64,000 nucleotides of DNA from an uncultured archaeon (lineage in GTDB: Archaea; Asgardarchaeota; Lokiarchaeia; Sigyniarchaeales; SOKP01), in the NCBI GenBank assembly GCA_964486045.1, contig CAZALK010000001.1, forward strand, positions 392,242 through 456,241. Reading direction: 5' to 3'. How positions within the stretch are numbered: the stretch's first letter is position 1; each line of letters opens with the position of its first letter. The position numbers and the translations under genes were made by a program. Positions 41,810 through 53,253 of this stretch are shown here, in pieces. The notes beneath the pieces are model-generated. The model searched no databases, was not told the DNA's origin, and saw only the letters and a program-made list of their open reading frames with translations.

Positions 41810-43168
41810 TTAGAGTTTATTATTTCTGAGAAGATCATCGATATTATAATTAAACGCATTAGGTAGTTCTCTCTCTATAAATTCTCCCGCGATGTTTTGA
41901 AGAAGCAAGTCTTTAATTTCTTCTGGATTATTTGTCTGCCCTAGCACCCAACCTAGCTTAGCATACCCAACTTCTGGCAATAGATTCCTACCGGGGATAA
42001 CACCCATATTTTGTAATTGTCTTCCAGTAGAATATACATTCATTCCCACAAAACCGTGTAGAGTTTGAGTAGTCATAAGAATGGTTATTCCTTCTTGAAT
42101 TGCTCTTTCGATCGAGTCATAGAGGGTTGTAGGTACATGACCTAATCCAGTTCCGGCTAAAACAATTCCTTTGTATCCTTTGTCAGTGAAAAAGTCGATC
42201 AATTCATTGTTAATTTCAGGATATGAATAAATAAGAGTGATTTTCTTTTCGAACTTCGTATTTGCCTTTGTTTCTGATTTGGATCTTTTTCTATAATCTT
42301 GAGTAAACATTTTAATTTCTCTATTTCTCACCATTCCTAATGGAATACTATTAATTGTTCTAAAAGTGTCTCTAACAGAAGAATGCATTTTTCTTACTAG
42401 TGTTCCTCGGTGGATTAAAGCATAGTCGTGAGATGAAGATCCCATCATTGATACAACGACTTGAGCGATATCAGAATTAGCAACGGTAGCAGCATTGATT
42501 AAATTTAAAGCGGCATCGGAGGATGGTCTATCAGAGCTTCTTTGACTTCCGACCAATACTACAGGAATTGATAAGTCCTTGAGCATAAATGACAAAGCAG
42601 CGCTCGTAAAAGACATCGTGTCTGTACCATGCCCTATCATAATTCCATCAACACCAGAATTGGCGGCATCCTCAACTTTTTTTGCTAATTTCTGCCAATA
42701 TTCATGCTTCATATTCTCTGATAAGATTTCAAAAACCATTTCACATTCAAGATTACATATTTCAGCTAATTCTGGAACAGCACTAAATAATTCTCCTGGT
42801 GTAAAGGAAGGAATTACTGCACCGGTTGTATAATCTAATCTTGAAGCGACTGTTCCACCAGTCCCTAAAAGCATTACATTAGGGAGTTCTTTATTTTTTG
42901 GAAATTCTTTCTTGGGGATTTTATAAAGTGCTTCTCTTTTTCCAATTTTTTTTATTTCTTTTATATCTGATGCTCTGATACCGATATTATAATTGTTTTC
43001 TAACTTTATTTCAATGTATTCTGGAGCGGAGTATTCTGTTCTTGGTAATACAATACCTTCATAGTCTGTCTTTTCTGTTTTAATTTGAATAATATCCCAT
43101 ATTTCAACATTATTGTTCTCTAGGAGTTTTTTCCCTTTTCCCTTATAACCTTTTAACTTTTCTATCAA
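41810..43168 (-). CDS. gatD: Glu-tRNA(Gln) amidotransferase subunit D
   Basis: TGGTVASR, HGTDTM, QRSSDRPSSD. Confidence 0.96.
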   Translation of the reverse strand: MIEKLKGYKGKGKKLLENNNVEIWDIIQIKTEKTDYEGIVLPRTEYSAPEYIEIKLENNYNIGIRASDIKEIKKIGKREALYKIPKKEFPKNKELPNVMLLGTGGTVASRLDYTTGAVIPSFTPGELFSAVPELAEICNLECEMVFEILSENMKHEYWQKLAKKVEDAANSGVDGIMIGHGTDTMSFTSAALSFMLKDLSIPVVLVGSQRSSDRPSSDAALNLINAATVANSDIAQVVVSMMGSSSHDYALIHRGTLVRKMHSSVRDTFRTINSIPLGMVRNREIKMFTQDYRKRSKSETKANTKFEKKITLIYSYPEINNELIDFFTDKGYKGIVLAGTGLGHVPTTLYDSIERAIQEGITILMTTQTLHGFVGMNVYSTGRQLQNMGVIPGRNLLPEVGYAKLGWVLGQTNNPEEIKDLLLQNIAGEFIERELPNAFNYNIDDLLRNNKL

Positions 43169-45088
43169 TTATTTCAACTCCTTCATTTTCTCATTTATAG
43201 CACTATTTAGTTCTCTTGAAACTACAGCCCCGTCTATTTTACCTCTGACTTTTTTCATAACTTCTCCCATTAAAGGCCCTTTTGCCCTCATTTCTTTTTC
43301 TTTTATTAACTTAATATTGCTGTTTACAATTTGAATTATTACTTGCTTCAAGTCTTCTTCTGTTATGCTTCCTAACTTTAAATTTTCTTTTATTTGCTTG
43401 ATAGATAGTTCCGGAGATTCTGCTTTTAAACTCATAAATTCTTCTACTGCTTCCTTACTGATTTCTTTGTTTTTTAAAAGGGTAAAGAGATTTATATAGA
43501 AATTTTCATCTATATTCTCAACTGTTTTCCCCTCTCTCCTTAAAGCCTTCGTAGTTTCTAGTAGAGTAGTAATAATAAGTGAAGGATTCTCTGAATAAAT
43601 TGTGATTAAATTATTGAATATTTTGATATTTCCTGTAAAAATCAGCTCTTTTATCAATCTTTCCTCTGTTTTGAATTTTATTGAATAATCTTTGATTAAA
43701 TCCCATGGATATTCAGGGAGATTTTTTGAAATTTCATCAATATCTTCTTCAGTATTCATAATTGCTTGTGAATCTGTGTCTGGATATAATCTTGCCCCTC
43801 CGTGTAACTCTCGCAAAAATTCAGTTTTTCCGTTTTCAAGAGCTCTTCTAGTTTCGGGAGGAACTCCTTTGAATGCTTCCTTTACCCTATTAATAGTCAC
43901 TATGAGAGCCTTCTCAATTTCTTTTTTAGTTCCTAATATCAAAACAAAGCAGTCTCCATCTCGTGAATCTAATTTTTCTTTAATTTTTAAAATATCATCA
44001 TCTGGGATTTTATAATTCTTTAAATCTTCATCGGAATGTATAATTCCTTTTAAACCAGAGATTAACGTGACTTTACTACTAATTTCAGTGCCAAACCGGT
44101 AATCTTTCATTAATTCTTTCCCAAATAGACCTTGAAATCCAATAAAGTTAATCCCAAATAATTTTTTCCCTGATTGAATCGCTTTAGAGAGAAAGTTTGA
44201 TTTAGAATTTTTCATTAAATTAGTAAGATCAACAGGATTTTCTGAAATACTCTTAGGGTTTAAGTTTCTTTTCTTTAATTCATCTTTGAGTTCAATTAAT
44301 TTTAACTGTCGTGAAATTTCATTAATAATTAAGACTGGGATCCAGTCTAGTTTTTGGACCCCTTTAATTTCAATTCTGGTTCCTGCTGCAATACTGACAT
44401 TAATATCTTGTCTAATCGATCCAAGAACCTTCTTTACTTTTGTTGACCATAATAATAATCCAATTCTTTCAGCAGTTTCTCGACATTCTTCAGGATTACG
44501 TATATCAGGCTTAGTAGTAACCTCTACCAATGGAATTCCAAGACGATCTAATCTGAAAAAGTTAGTTTTTTTCTCTGTTTTTATTTTCCTTGCAGCATCT
44601 TCTTCTAAGCTTAATAGATCTATGCCTATTTTTTTTCCATTCTCTAACGTAAGAAATCCGTCGGTCCCAAGTATCATTGTACGTTGAAACCCACACGGGA
44701 CACTCCCATCAAGGTAATTTTTTCTACAAACATGCATCTCTTCAATGATATTTGAATTAAGAAGTAAGGCAATTTCTAGCGCAATTTTTCTAGCTTCTGT
44801 ATTACACTCAAAAGGGGGAGTTTCATCAATTTCGTAAGTACATACGACATCATTGTAACCTTCATAAACAATGCCCATTCCTTTTTGGTACTCAGTTAAC
44901 ATTGCTTTATCATAATTACCTAGTTCTCCAAGGACAGGACGCATAGTTCGCTTAACAGTAAAATCTGGTTCTCTAGTACCTTGGAGATTTGAGGGACACC
45001 GACAAAATAACTTAGTATCCGTGTCTAATTGCTGGTGAATCTCAAGCCCGCACTTAAGCCCCAGTTTTTCATAATTAAACTCTTCCAT
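43169..45088 (-). CDS. gatE: Glu-tRNA(Gln) amidotransferase subunit E
   Basis: GLEIHQQL, LEEDAAR, LDRLGIPLVE, IRQDINVSI. Confidence 0.96.
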   Translation of the reverse strand: MEEFNYEKLGLKCGLEIHQQLDTDTKLFCRCPSNLQGTREPDFTVKRTMRPVLGELGNYDKAMLTEYQKGMGIVYEGYNDVVCTYEIDETPPFECNTEARKIALEIALLLNSNIIEEMHVCRKNYLDGSVPCGFQRTMILGTDGFLTLENGKKIGIDLLSLEEDAARKIKTEKKTNFFRLDRLGIPLVEVTTKPDIRNPEECRETAERIGLLLWSTKVKKVLGSIRQDINVSIAAGTRIEIKGVQKLDWIPVLIINEISRQLKLIELKDELKKRNLNPKSISENPVDLTNLMKNSKSNFLSKAIQSGKKLFGINFIGFQGLFGKELMKDYRFGTEISSKVTLISGLKGIIHSDEDLKNYKIPDDDILKIKEKLDSRDGDCFVLILGTKKEIEKALIVTINRVKEAFKGVPPETRRALENGKTEFLRELHGGARLYPDTDSQAIMNTEEDIDEISKNLPEYPWDLIKDYSIKFKTEERLIKELIFTGNIKIFNNLITIYSENPSLIITTLLETTKALRREGKTVENIDENFYINLFTLLKNKEISKEAVEEFMSLKAESPELSIKQIKENLKLGSITEEDLKQVIIQIVNSNIKLIKEKEMRAKGPLMGEVMKKVRGKIDGAVVSRELNSAINEKMKELK

Positions 45089-45573
45089 TTTAAATCACAT
45101 ATTAATTAATTTCTCAAGATTTTAATGGATCATTTTCAAAAAAAGTTTGGGGTATTATGATAACTCGGTCTTTAATGATGTTCCCGTTTTTCTTCTCCCG
45201 TTGAATATTAATTCAAATTGCCTTAGGTGATGAACTTAAAATGAAAAAAAGAAAAGGTTGTAAGAATATTTTAGAATATAAGTAGAAGGAGTTACCCCTA
45301 ACCGATAAGTACTACTAAGCTTGTGGAAGAGAAAAAAAATCATAATAGGGTAGTGGGGTAATAGATTTCTTAGGGCTTTCTTATGATTTATGAAGAAAGA
45401 CAGATGAAAGAAATTAGGATTTTTTTTAACCTTATTTTTAACCTTAATAAATAATCTTAGTGTCTAACTTCTCATTAAAAATTTAAATTCACAACCCAAT
45501 GAACTTACGGAAATTAAAAAATCTTCCAAGAGAAAAAAATTATTTTTTCTGGATGAAAGAGGCAACCTTCTTA

Positions 45574-46281
45574 TCATTCAAAATTGTTTTTAGGTCTTTC
45601 CCTTCCTGACGGCTTCCCATCCTTCTCCCTCCTCTTATTATTATCTGTTTCCTTAAATACATTCATTAAATCTTCTGGAGTAATTTTTGAGGCTCTATCG
45701 AGATCTTTCTCCTGACGTAGACTTATCGTTCGAAATCCTAAATCATAACCTTCTTTATCTCTTCCGTATTCTTTGATCAAAGTCTTCCAGAATCCGATTT
45801 TTTCATCTCTTAAGGATTTTAGGACGTCTTTTATACACCGAATTGTCAATTCAAGATCACCCTCATACCCTATATCAAACTTAAGAGGAGTTAATGCATT
45901 TTGATGCACTCCCTCTACCAAATCGCTGGGTAAATAGAATTTGTACTCCTGTAACTCGCTTAGATGATTATTTAATGAATTTTCGAGACTCCTGCTCTCA
46001 TTAAGATCATCCAAACCAAAATTTTTAAATAGCGTATTAACAATATTCCCAAAGTCATCCTCAGATTCTTGAGAGTAATTATCTGTTAAGGCCTCATTTT
46101 TTATCAGATTAAAAAGCCCAAAAAAAATCTTGCGGCAAAGCTTAGAAACATGATGTACAAACGCCCAACTCTCATTAATAGACAAATCTCGATGTGAATG
46201 ACTACTTTCAGCAGTAATGCTAACTTTATATGCACCCTCGGTAAAAGGTGATATTCCTTCTTTCTCTTCCATTCTTATCAC
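45574..46281 (-). CDS. Hypothetical protein
   Basis: 235-aa ORF, no motif recognised. Confidence 0.55.
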   Translation of the reverse strand: MIRMEEKEGISPFTEGAYKVSITAESSHSHRDLSINESWAFVHHVSKLCRKIFFGLFNLIKNEALTDNYSQESEDDFGNIVNTLFKNFGLDDLNESRSLENSLNNHLSELQEYKFYLPSDLVEGVHQNALTPLKFDIGYEGDLELTIRCIKDVLKSLRDEKIGFWKTLIKEYGRDKEGYDLGFRTISLRQEKDLDRASKITPEDLMNVFKETDNNKRREKDGKPSGRERPKNNFE

Positions 46282-46333
46282 AATATAAATAATTATAATT
46301 TATGTCTCAATTTAAGCTACCTTTAAGGAAATG

Positions 46334-47410
46334 CTATTTCAAGTAATAAATTCCCTCAATTTCGGAGAGTTCTGAAGATTTTGAGAGATAATCAAACAAG
46401 TAATGTTTTTGTTCTTTATTTTTTTCGATTACTTGCTCAACCCGAAAGGATAGGTTCTTAATATTCTCAATTCTAATCCAATGTAGCTTATTAAAGAATA
46501 GTAATATTTTTGCGAAAAATTCTTCCTTCCTTCCAAATTTTCGTAATTGAATCTCGATATTCTTAATCCATTTATTAAATGCTATTTGATTTTTGAAGGA
46601 TATAAATATCTCATTATCCTCAGCTAACTTCATCCATAAATAAAAGTCTTTATCATCAAGCATTCTATTGTAATTTGTTATATAATCTACATTCTCTTCT
46701 ATTAGTTTTAGTCTTTCCTTCTTTGCTAGTTCCTCTTTATTAAACAAAAGATCTGTTTCAATGAGTTCAAATCTACAATAATAATCGTCCGGAGAATAGA
46801 TAAAATCTGTTACCCGAATACCTAATATTGCAAAGATAGCAGCGAAAAACTTACAGTTTTCAAAATGAAGATTCCTGTATTTTCCTATAAACTCCAGTGT
46901 TCCTCTAGCTGGTGCATTATTTTTACCTAAGTTCATTTCAATTCTCATATCTTTTGATACATTGGTCTTCGCATAGCGACTCCGTATCCTTTCGAAAAAA
47001 ATTTCGAGATCCTTAAAATTATGTGATCTGACTTCTCTTTTAAACATATCTAGATACATTAACAAAAAACGGGTATTGAATTCAAACGAAAAGGGGGAAT
47101 AACGATGGTCCTCTACAACCATTTCATAAAGCGGAATTGTAGCTTGAAAGGTAAACCGATCAAAAAATTTTTTAATTTTTTTATCTTCAATTTTTTCAAG
47201 ATCGTCTAGGGTCTTACCTTTTTTATATAGGCTCAAAAGTTTTTCCATAACATATCCATAGAAAGCTGAGACACTTTTGAACCTATCATCTTCTTGGTTT
47301 TTTTGGTGATTTACGTGTACATGCCTAATTATCCAATCTTTAAGCGCAGGACTAATAGAAATTGTTTGTTGTGCTGTTTTTTTATTTGAAAGGAATTTTT
47401 TTGATGACAT
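46334..47410 (-). CDS. Putative regulator with N-terminal RHH-like segment (paralog 1)
   Basis: KKTAQQTISIS..LK...RFKSVSAFY; colinear with 47760-48839. Confidence 0.55.
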   Translation of the reverse strand: MSSKKFLSNKKTAQQTISISPALKDWIIRHVHVNHQKNQEDDRFKSVSAFYGYVMEKLLSLYKKGKTLDDLEKIEDKKIKKFFDRFTFQATIPLYEMVVEDHRYSPFSFEFNTRFLLMYLDMFKREVRSHNFKDLEIFFERIRSRYAKTNVSKDMRIEMNLGKNNAPARGTLEFIGKYRNLHFENCKFFAAIFAILGIRVTDFIYSPDDYYCRFELIETDLLFNKEELAKKERLKLIEENVDYITNYNRMLDDKDFYLWMKLAEDNEIFISFKNQIAFNKWIKNIEIQLRKFGRKEEFFAKILLFFNKLHWIRIENIKNLSFRVEQVIEKNKEQKHYLFDYLSKSSELSEIEGIYYLK

Positions 47411-47759
47411 GATTAATAAAATAAAATTTTAACTAATTATTAAATATTTAGTAGATAAGATTTGCTAAATTTTTTAATTCATATTTCTCATTGATTAAGA
47501 AGATTGAATATTTACCAATTACCAAAATACATATTATCCATTACAATATTTTCATTATAAATTTCTTTACATTCACTTTTTTAACATATTTTTTCCATAT
47601 TTAAGATTTTTTAATCCTATCATATTACTTTTTAAAGAAATTAATATGATTAATAATTAGACAACAAAATCAAGGGGAATGACGGGATTCTTTAAGAAAA
47701 TTAAGACAAAAACCAGGGAATAAAAAAACAGGAATATAAAAGGTTGAGATCTATTTTCT

Positions 47760-48839
47760 CTATACCTCTAATTCCTTTTTTTTTAAATAATGCTTTCCAT
47801 TTGCTTCTGTAACAGAAGAATGCTTTGATAGGGAATTTAATAAAAATTCAATTTCATTTTGATATTTCATTTTGGATAATCTAATTTGAAATACCAACTC
47901 TTTCTCATTTTCAATTTCGATCCAATGAAAACTCTCAAAAAGCCTTAACATATTAAGATGGTAATCGTCTTTTTCCCCGAATTTCTCAATTTCACTTTCG
48001 ATTAAATTTACCCATTCCTGTTTTGTTTTTTCATTAATAAATGAGATTATAGCATTCTTATCTTCAGCAATTTTCATCCATAGGTAATAATCTTTATCCT
48101 CTATTATTCTTTTGTAATTAATAAGATAAGATAGATTATGTTCTATCACCTTGATCCTTTCTCTTTTTGCAAGTTCTTTTCGATAAGTCAAATCTGTAGT
48201 TTTTACACTAAACCTACAATAATTATTTTTTCTAGAATACATTAAATTAGTTATTTTTACTCCTAAAAGGCCGAATACGGCAGCAGACAATTTAATATTC
48301 TCAAAACTTAATTCTTTATATAGTCCAGTATACTCAAAAACTCCAGTCAGATTTTCACTACCTTTTCCAGTAAAAAGATCTAACTTGAATTCTTTAGAAA
48401 TATTGTTGGAAAGAATATAGTTTCTCATCCTATTGAAAAAGTTTTTAATACTCTTAATATCATGTACATCCATCTGGGATGTCCACAACCTTCTTAATGT
48501 ATAGAAAAAAAAGGGATTCTTTTCTATAGTAGGATTAGAGTAGCGATTTGGACGAACAGAAGGTTCGTAATAAGGAATTAGAGCACTAAAAGATACTTTT
48601 TCAAAAAAGTCTTTCATTTCACTATCAACAAAACTTTCAAAATCATCAAGTGTTTTTCCTTTATCAAAACAATCAAGAGATTTTTCCATGATACTAGTAT
48701 AAAAAGCTGAAATGCTTCTAAACCTTTTATCATTAGGATGCTTCTCATGATTAACCATGACGTATTCTTCAATTCTCCCTTTAAGTTCATGACTAATAGA
48801 AATTGTTTGTTGAGATGTCTTTTTTTTGATTGATGACAT
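47760..48839 (-). CDS. Putative regulator (paralog 2)
   Basis: KKTSQQTISIS...RFRSISAFY; shared YCRF, ELAK.ER and KD.YLWMK.AED. Confidence 0.55.
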   Translation of the reverse strand: MSSIKKKTSQQTISISHELKGRIEEYVMVNHEKHPNDKRFRSISAFYTSIMEKSLDCFDKGKTLDDFESFVDSEMKDFFEKVSFSALIPYYEPSVRPNRYSNPTIEKNPFFFYTLRRLWTSQMDVHDIKSIKNFFNRMRNYILSNNISKEFKLDLFTGKGSENLTGVFEYTGLYKELSFENIKLSAAVFGLLGVKITNLMYSRKNNYCRFSVKTTDLTYRKELAKRERIKVIEHNLSYLINYKRIIEDKDYYLWMKIAEDKNAIISFINEKTKQEWVNLIESEIEKFGEKDDYHLNMLRLFESFHWIEIENEKELVFQIRLSKMKYQNEIEFLLNSLSKHSSVTEANGKHYLKKKELEV

Positions 48840-49177
48840 TTTTTTGCCGATAACCCTATTTTTTGACTTGATATATATTATTATCTATTATATATTAAGT
48901 TATAAAAAAACCGAAATTTTTAAATAAAAGTAGAAATAGTTAACCACTTTTGTTTTTAGATGATACAATTTTACCAAGAAAAGTTGTAATAACTTAAAAT
49001 CTCCACGGGACTAAAAATAATATCTGGTTTCAGACTTTGCAGTTTTCAAATCCTAATACTATTATTTATATATAAGTTTAATAGAGAGAAAATTAGAAAA
49101 AATTCCTTGAAAATTAGGGGGAGGGAGTAAAATCTTATTTATCTCTTCTTTAGGAAGTATTTAAAAAGGAATATTCA

Positions 49178-50803
49178 TTAAAGAAGAGATTTAGAAACAT
49201 ATACTCCATCTAATTTATATCCTAACTCATAGAACCAATCTCTAACACCAATTCCGCTAATTACTGCTAACTTCTTGGCGTCAAAATTCTCAACAGATAT
49301 TTTTTCAGCCTCTTTCATCAATAATCTACCAAATCCCCGATGTTGGATTTGAGAGACTCGATTTGGCTTAAAATCTTTGGGAACCAACTCTCCGACAACT
49401 TTAATTTCCCTAACAATTAAAGTCCTTCCATCATTTAATTCTGTTCTGTGAGCGAATTTAGACGGTTTTCTTAAGCGTAAATAACCTAATAAATTTCCTT
49501 CATTTTTATTTTCATAAGAAAGGAAGACTTCATCACCTTGAGAAGCTTTATAATCTTGTCTATAGAGTTTCATTTGATTCAGAGATATATTATCAATAGT
49601 TTGATTTCTAGTAGTTATCCCATATTCTCTACATCTTATGCAATTACATTTCTTTCCTGATTTTTTTAACCTTTCATGGACGAGTTGCCTTAGATTGCTA
49701 TTTTTGCAACCAGCTTGTATCAAAGTGGCAGGAATATCTCTCATAATTCTTTGAATTCTTACATAAGAAGGAATTTTTTGTTTCACATTTGCGATCAACT
49801 CAATTAGTTCTTCTGTATCATATGGTTCATACTTTCCATTCTCCCACCAATCATATAAAACCGTTCCTTTAATTACCAGACAAGGATAAATTTTAAGCAT
49901 ATCAGGTCTGTATTGTGGATTGGAATAGAGAGTATTAAATAATTCGATATCTTTTGAATAGTTGCTCCCCGGAAGGTTTGGCATAATATGTGCGTTAACT
50001 TTTAATCCTGCATCTTTTGCGATTCTAATCGCTTCAATACTGTCAATTGAGGTATGACCTCTTTTAACCAATTTATAAATATCATCATAAACAGTTTGTA
50101 TGCCTAGTTCAACTCGGGTTGTTCCATAGCTGAGCATTCTGTCGACATGATTTTCTTTACAATAATCTGGTCGGGTTTCAATGGTAATTCCTATAACTCT
50201 TCTTTTGGAGCTTTCAGCGAGTTTTTTAACCTCTTCCAAGTTTATTGCTCGTTGTTCAATGGCTCCCTCAAGTGCACCCTTAATGAAATTTTGTTGATAC
50301 TCGAGATCTGTAGATAAGAATGTGCCACCCATACAAATAAGCTCAATTTTGTCTACACTATGACCGATGGCTTCCAAATCTCTGATCCTACTTTGAACTT
50401 GTTTATAAGGATCATAATTATTATGAATAGATCTCATGGCTGCGGGTTCTCGACCAGTATAGGATTGAGCTACTTTTTCACCTGGTTGTGAATCTTGTCC
50501 AGGACAGTAAATACAATTTCCTGGACATGGAAGTGGTTTAGTCATTATTGCTATAACAGAGACGCCAGATAATGTTCTAGTAGATCTTCTTTTCAGAATC
50601 GGGAGAACAATTTCTTTTTCGTCTGGAGTTGCATAATCCAAGATTGTCGCATTCTTAATAACTTTTTTGTAGTTATATCTTTTTCCTATTTTACCTTTAA
50701 TATTAGTAATTTTATGGCGCTTAGTTTTTGGGTTTTTTATTAGATAATTTATTACTTCCCTTGAAATTTTTCTTGCGTTGTCGTTATTTGTTGAGTCACT
50801 CAT
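49178..50803 (-). CDS. elp3: Elp3 tRNA U34 carboxymethyltransferase
   Basis: RTLSGV, CPGNCIYCPG, GGTF, CIRCRE, QHRGFG, ISGIGVR. Confidence 0.95.
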   Translation of the reverse strand: MSDSTNNDNARKISREVINYLIKNPKTKRHKITNIKGKIGKRYNYKKVIKNATILDYATPDEKEIVLPILKRRSTRTLSGVSVIAIMTKPLPCPGNCIYCPGQDSQPGEKVAQSYTGREPAAMRSIHNNYDPYKQVQSRIRDLEAIGHSVDKIELICMGGTFLSTDLEYQQNFIKGALEGAIEQRAINLEEVKKLAESSKRRVIGITIETRPDYCKENHVDRMLSYGTTRVELGIQTVYDDIYKLVKRGHTSIDSIEAIRIAKDAGLKVNAHIMPNLPGSNYSKDIELFNTLYSNPQYRPDMLKIYPCLVIKGTVLYDWWENGKYEPYDTEELIELIANVKQKIPSYVRIQRIMRDIPATLIQAGCKNSNLRQLVHERLKKSGKKCNCIRCREYGITTRNQTIDNISLNQMKLYRQDYKASQGDEVFLSYENKNEGNLLGYLRLRKPSKFAHRTELNDGRTLIVREIKVVGELVPKDFKPNRVSQIQHRGFGRLLMKEAEKISVENFDAKKLAVISGIGVRDWFYELGYKLDGVYVSKSLL

Positions 50804-50870
50804 TATTCAAGATGGATTATTAAGGCATCAGAAAAAAATTTTTACAAATTCCTTCTAATATTGGTGGAAA

Positions 50871-51749
50871 TTATTTTATCATGATTTTTTTACCTGTGAA
50901 ATCTCGTCGATACTTCCCCAAATCTTCCATTCTTCTCAAATCTTTAGATCTAAAAACAGGTCCATCCTTACAAACTAATAATCCTAATGGATCTATTGAA
51001 CATAACCCGCATAAACCACACCCACATCTCATTATTCGTTCGAGACTAGCCTGAAGTTCAATATCATATCTTTCACATATCTGGAATATCTTATAAATCA
51101 TTTTTTCGGGACCACAAGCATATACTATAATGTTGGAAATTTCATTTTTTGTATATTCATTAATTAGGCTTTCTAATCTTTTAGGAGCACGACCTTTAAA
51201 TTTAGAATTATAAAATTTCTTAACTGAAGACCCACCAATCTTAGCATCATCAAACTCTACACATAGGTTGATATCCGATTGACTAAGATTAAAATTTAGA
51301 AAATCCTCTACAAAAATGGCTTTGGATTCATCTTCTATAGCATTAATAAAGTGAAAAGCAATTTTGGAGGCATTTAATTTAGTAGCGAGGTATTTAAGCG
51401 CAGCATTCCCAAGTCCACCTCCGACTAATATAATATTTTTAGATCCATTATTTGGTAGTTTAAAATAATTACCTAATGGTCCTCTAACACCGATAAAGTC
51501 ACCTACTTCTAAATTATGTATCGTATTTGTACAATCGCCCACATTTTTTACTGTAATAGCCCAATTACCATTTTCATCAAAATCTGATAATGACATTGGA
51601 ATTTCATCGACTCCTGGTACCCATATCATGACAAATTGTCCTGGTTTTGGGGTTTTTGCATTAAAATTATTGAATGTAATGGTTTTTACCCCAACACATT
51701 CATCAATTATACTTTCAATTCTCACTGTTTTTATGGTGTTTTCAGTCAA
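50871..51749 (-). CDS. pyrK: Dihydroorotate dehydrogenase electron-transfer subunit
   Basis: PGQFVM, RGPLG, CGPEKM, MRCGCGLCGLC, CKDGPVF. Confidence 0.93.
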   Translation of the reverse strand: MTENTIKTVRIESIIDECVGVKTITFNNFNAKTPKPGQFVMIWVPGVDEIPMSLSDFDENGNWAITVKNVGDCTNTIHNLEVGDFIGVRGPLGNYFKLPNNGSKNIILVGGGLGNAALKYLATKLNASKIAFHFINAIEDESKAIFVEDFLNFNLSQSDINLCVEFDDAKIGGSSVKKFYNSKFKGRAPKRLESLINEYTKNEISNIIVYACGPEKMIYKIFQICERYDIELQASLERIMRCGCGLCGLCSIDPLGLLVCKDGPVFRSKDLRRMEDLGKYRRDFTGKKIMIK

Positions 51750-52668
51750 AATCGGGCACCTTTTGAGTTTTAAATTGATGGGATAAACCCTTAATATCCT
51801 TTATGGATTTGAATTTATTCTCTTTTAGATAATTAATTATTCCTTTATTAATTTCTGAAATAATTTCTGCACCATTATATAATGCGGTTCCAATTTGCAC
51901 CGCTGAAGCTCCAGCAAGAAAAAATTCCACCACATCCGCCCATGAATCTATTCCTCCACACCCTATAATGGGTATCTTTAAAACTTTATATAAATCATAA
52001 ACTTTTTTCACTGCAATTGGATGAATTGCTTTCCCAGAGAGGCCGCCACTTCCATGTGATAAAATTGGTCTTTTTGTGTTAATATCAATTTTCAATGCTG
52101 CTACTGTATTTATCGCTACTACTCCATTAGCACCTCCGTTTTCAGCCGCTATGGCTATTTCTTCAATATTTGTAACATTCGGGTTTAATTTGACAAAAAG
52201 AGGTATAGAAATCGTTTCTTTTAGAAATTTGATAAGTTCATTGGTTAAGTCTTTGTCAATGCCTATTGATGAAACTTCAGCATGTGGGCAAGAAATATTA
52301 ACTTCAATGGCATCTGCTCCAGCTTTTTCAGCCTTAGTTGCCACTTCGCAATAGATTTCGTTAGTCTCTCCAAACACACTTACTATTAGTGGAATGTTGT
52401 GATTTTTTATTTCCTTTATTTCGGAGACAAAATTTTCTATTCCAGGATTACCCAAACCAACTGCATTCATAAAAGTACCTGGATAGATCTCAATAATCGA
52501 GGGATTTTTGTATCCCTTTCTAGGTATAGGCCCTATAGATTTAGTAGTGACTGCACCTGCTCCGGAATCAATGACTCTTTTCATTGAAGAATAAGATACT
52601 CCCAGAATACCAGATGCTAAAATGATCGGAGATTTTAACTTTAAACCAGCGAGATTTATTTCAAGCAT
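51742..52668 (-). CDS. pyrD: Dihydroorotate dehydrogenase 1B catalytic subunit
   Basis: TTKS, NISCPH, KLNPN, GGLSG. Confidence 0.95.
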   Translation of the reverse strand: MLEINLAGLKLKSPIILASGILGVSYSSMKRVIDSGAGAVTTKSIGPIPRKGYKNPSIIEIYPGTFMNAVGLGNPGIENFVSEIKEIKNHNIPLIVSVFGETNEIYCEVATKAEKAGADAIEVNISCPHAEVSSIGIDKDLTNELIKFLKETISIPLFVKLNPNVTNIEEIAIAAENGGANGVVAINTVAALKIDINTKRPILSHGSGGLSGKAIHPIAVKKVYDLYKVLKIPIIGCGGIDSWADVVEFFLAGASAVQIGTALYNGAEIISEINKGIINYLKENKFKSIKDIKGLSHQFKTQKVPDFD

Positions 52669-53171
52669 TTTTTTAAGAAAATAATGATTATAATGTTATA
52701 ATAATTCTTTAAAATGGATTATAATTATCCAAAATACCATAAAAGCACTTTCATCTTAACCAAATCTTAATTATAATTAATATATTTTATTTAATATATC
52801 TTTTGATTTATTTAATTCTATAAAATAATTTTACTTCTTTAAGTTAATTAATATAGATTAACTTCACTAATAAAAATTTAAAAAAGAATCTTTAAATTTA
52901 TAACCGCAATAAAACCTTCTATAAACATAAAAAATTTATTAAATTTCTAAAATCTTTGATCTCTTCTAATAGTTTCTTGCTTCAAAATAAATATTTAATA
53001 GAATGACTTTCAACTTGGTTCTCACACTTTTTAGTAAAAAATAAAGGAGTATTAATTCTTAAATTTATAATTATGATTTCAATAACTGAATATATATAAT
53101 ATTTATTTCTCATTAGTAAATCATTATAGTCCATAAATTTATATTGATGAATTTCTTATATAATCATAGAA

Positions 53172-53253
53172 ACGGTCAGAGGGATGTGGGTTTTACTCAC
53201 TAACCTCAATCGCTGATTAGTAGAGATAATTATTTACTTTAATTATCCTCTAC
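53172..53253 (-). ncRNA. Candidate structured RNA downstream of the DUF3800 gene
   Basis: Hairpin at 53220-53253 plus GC-richer AGCGA-GAGG..GTGAGT-AAA-ACCCAC..CCTC-TGACCG. Confidence 0.45.

Noticed and set aside
45290-45415. TTACCCC/GGGGTAA and CTTTCTT/AAGAAAG stems upstream of gatE
   Set aside because: Short stems with no second copy or recognisable motif; insufficient support
52700-53170. att site or tRNA fragment at the left edge of the mobile element
   Set aside because: No tRNA 3' duplicate or direct repeat seen; the other end is outside the window
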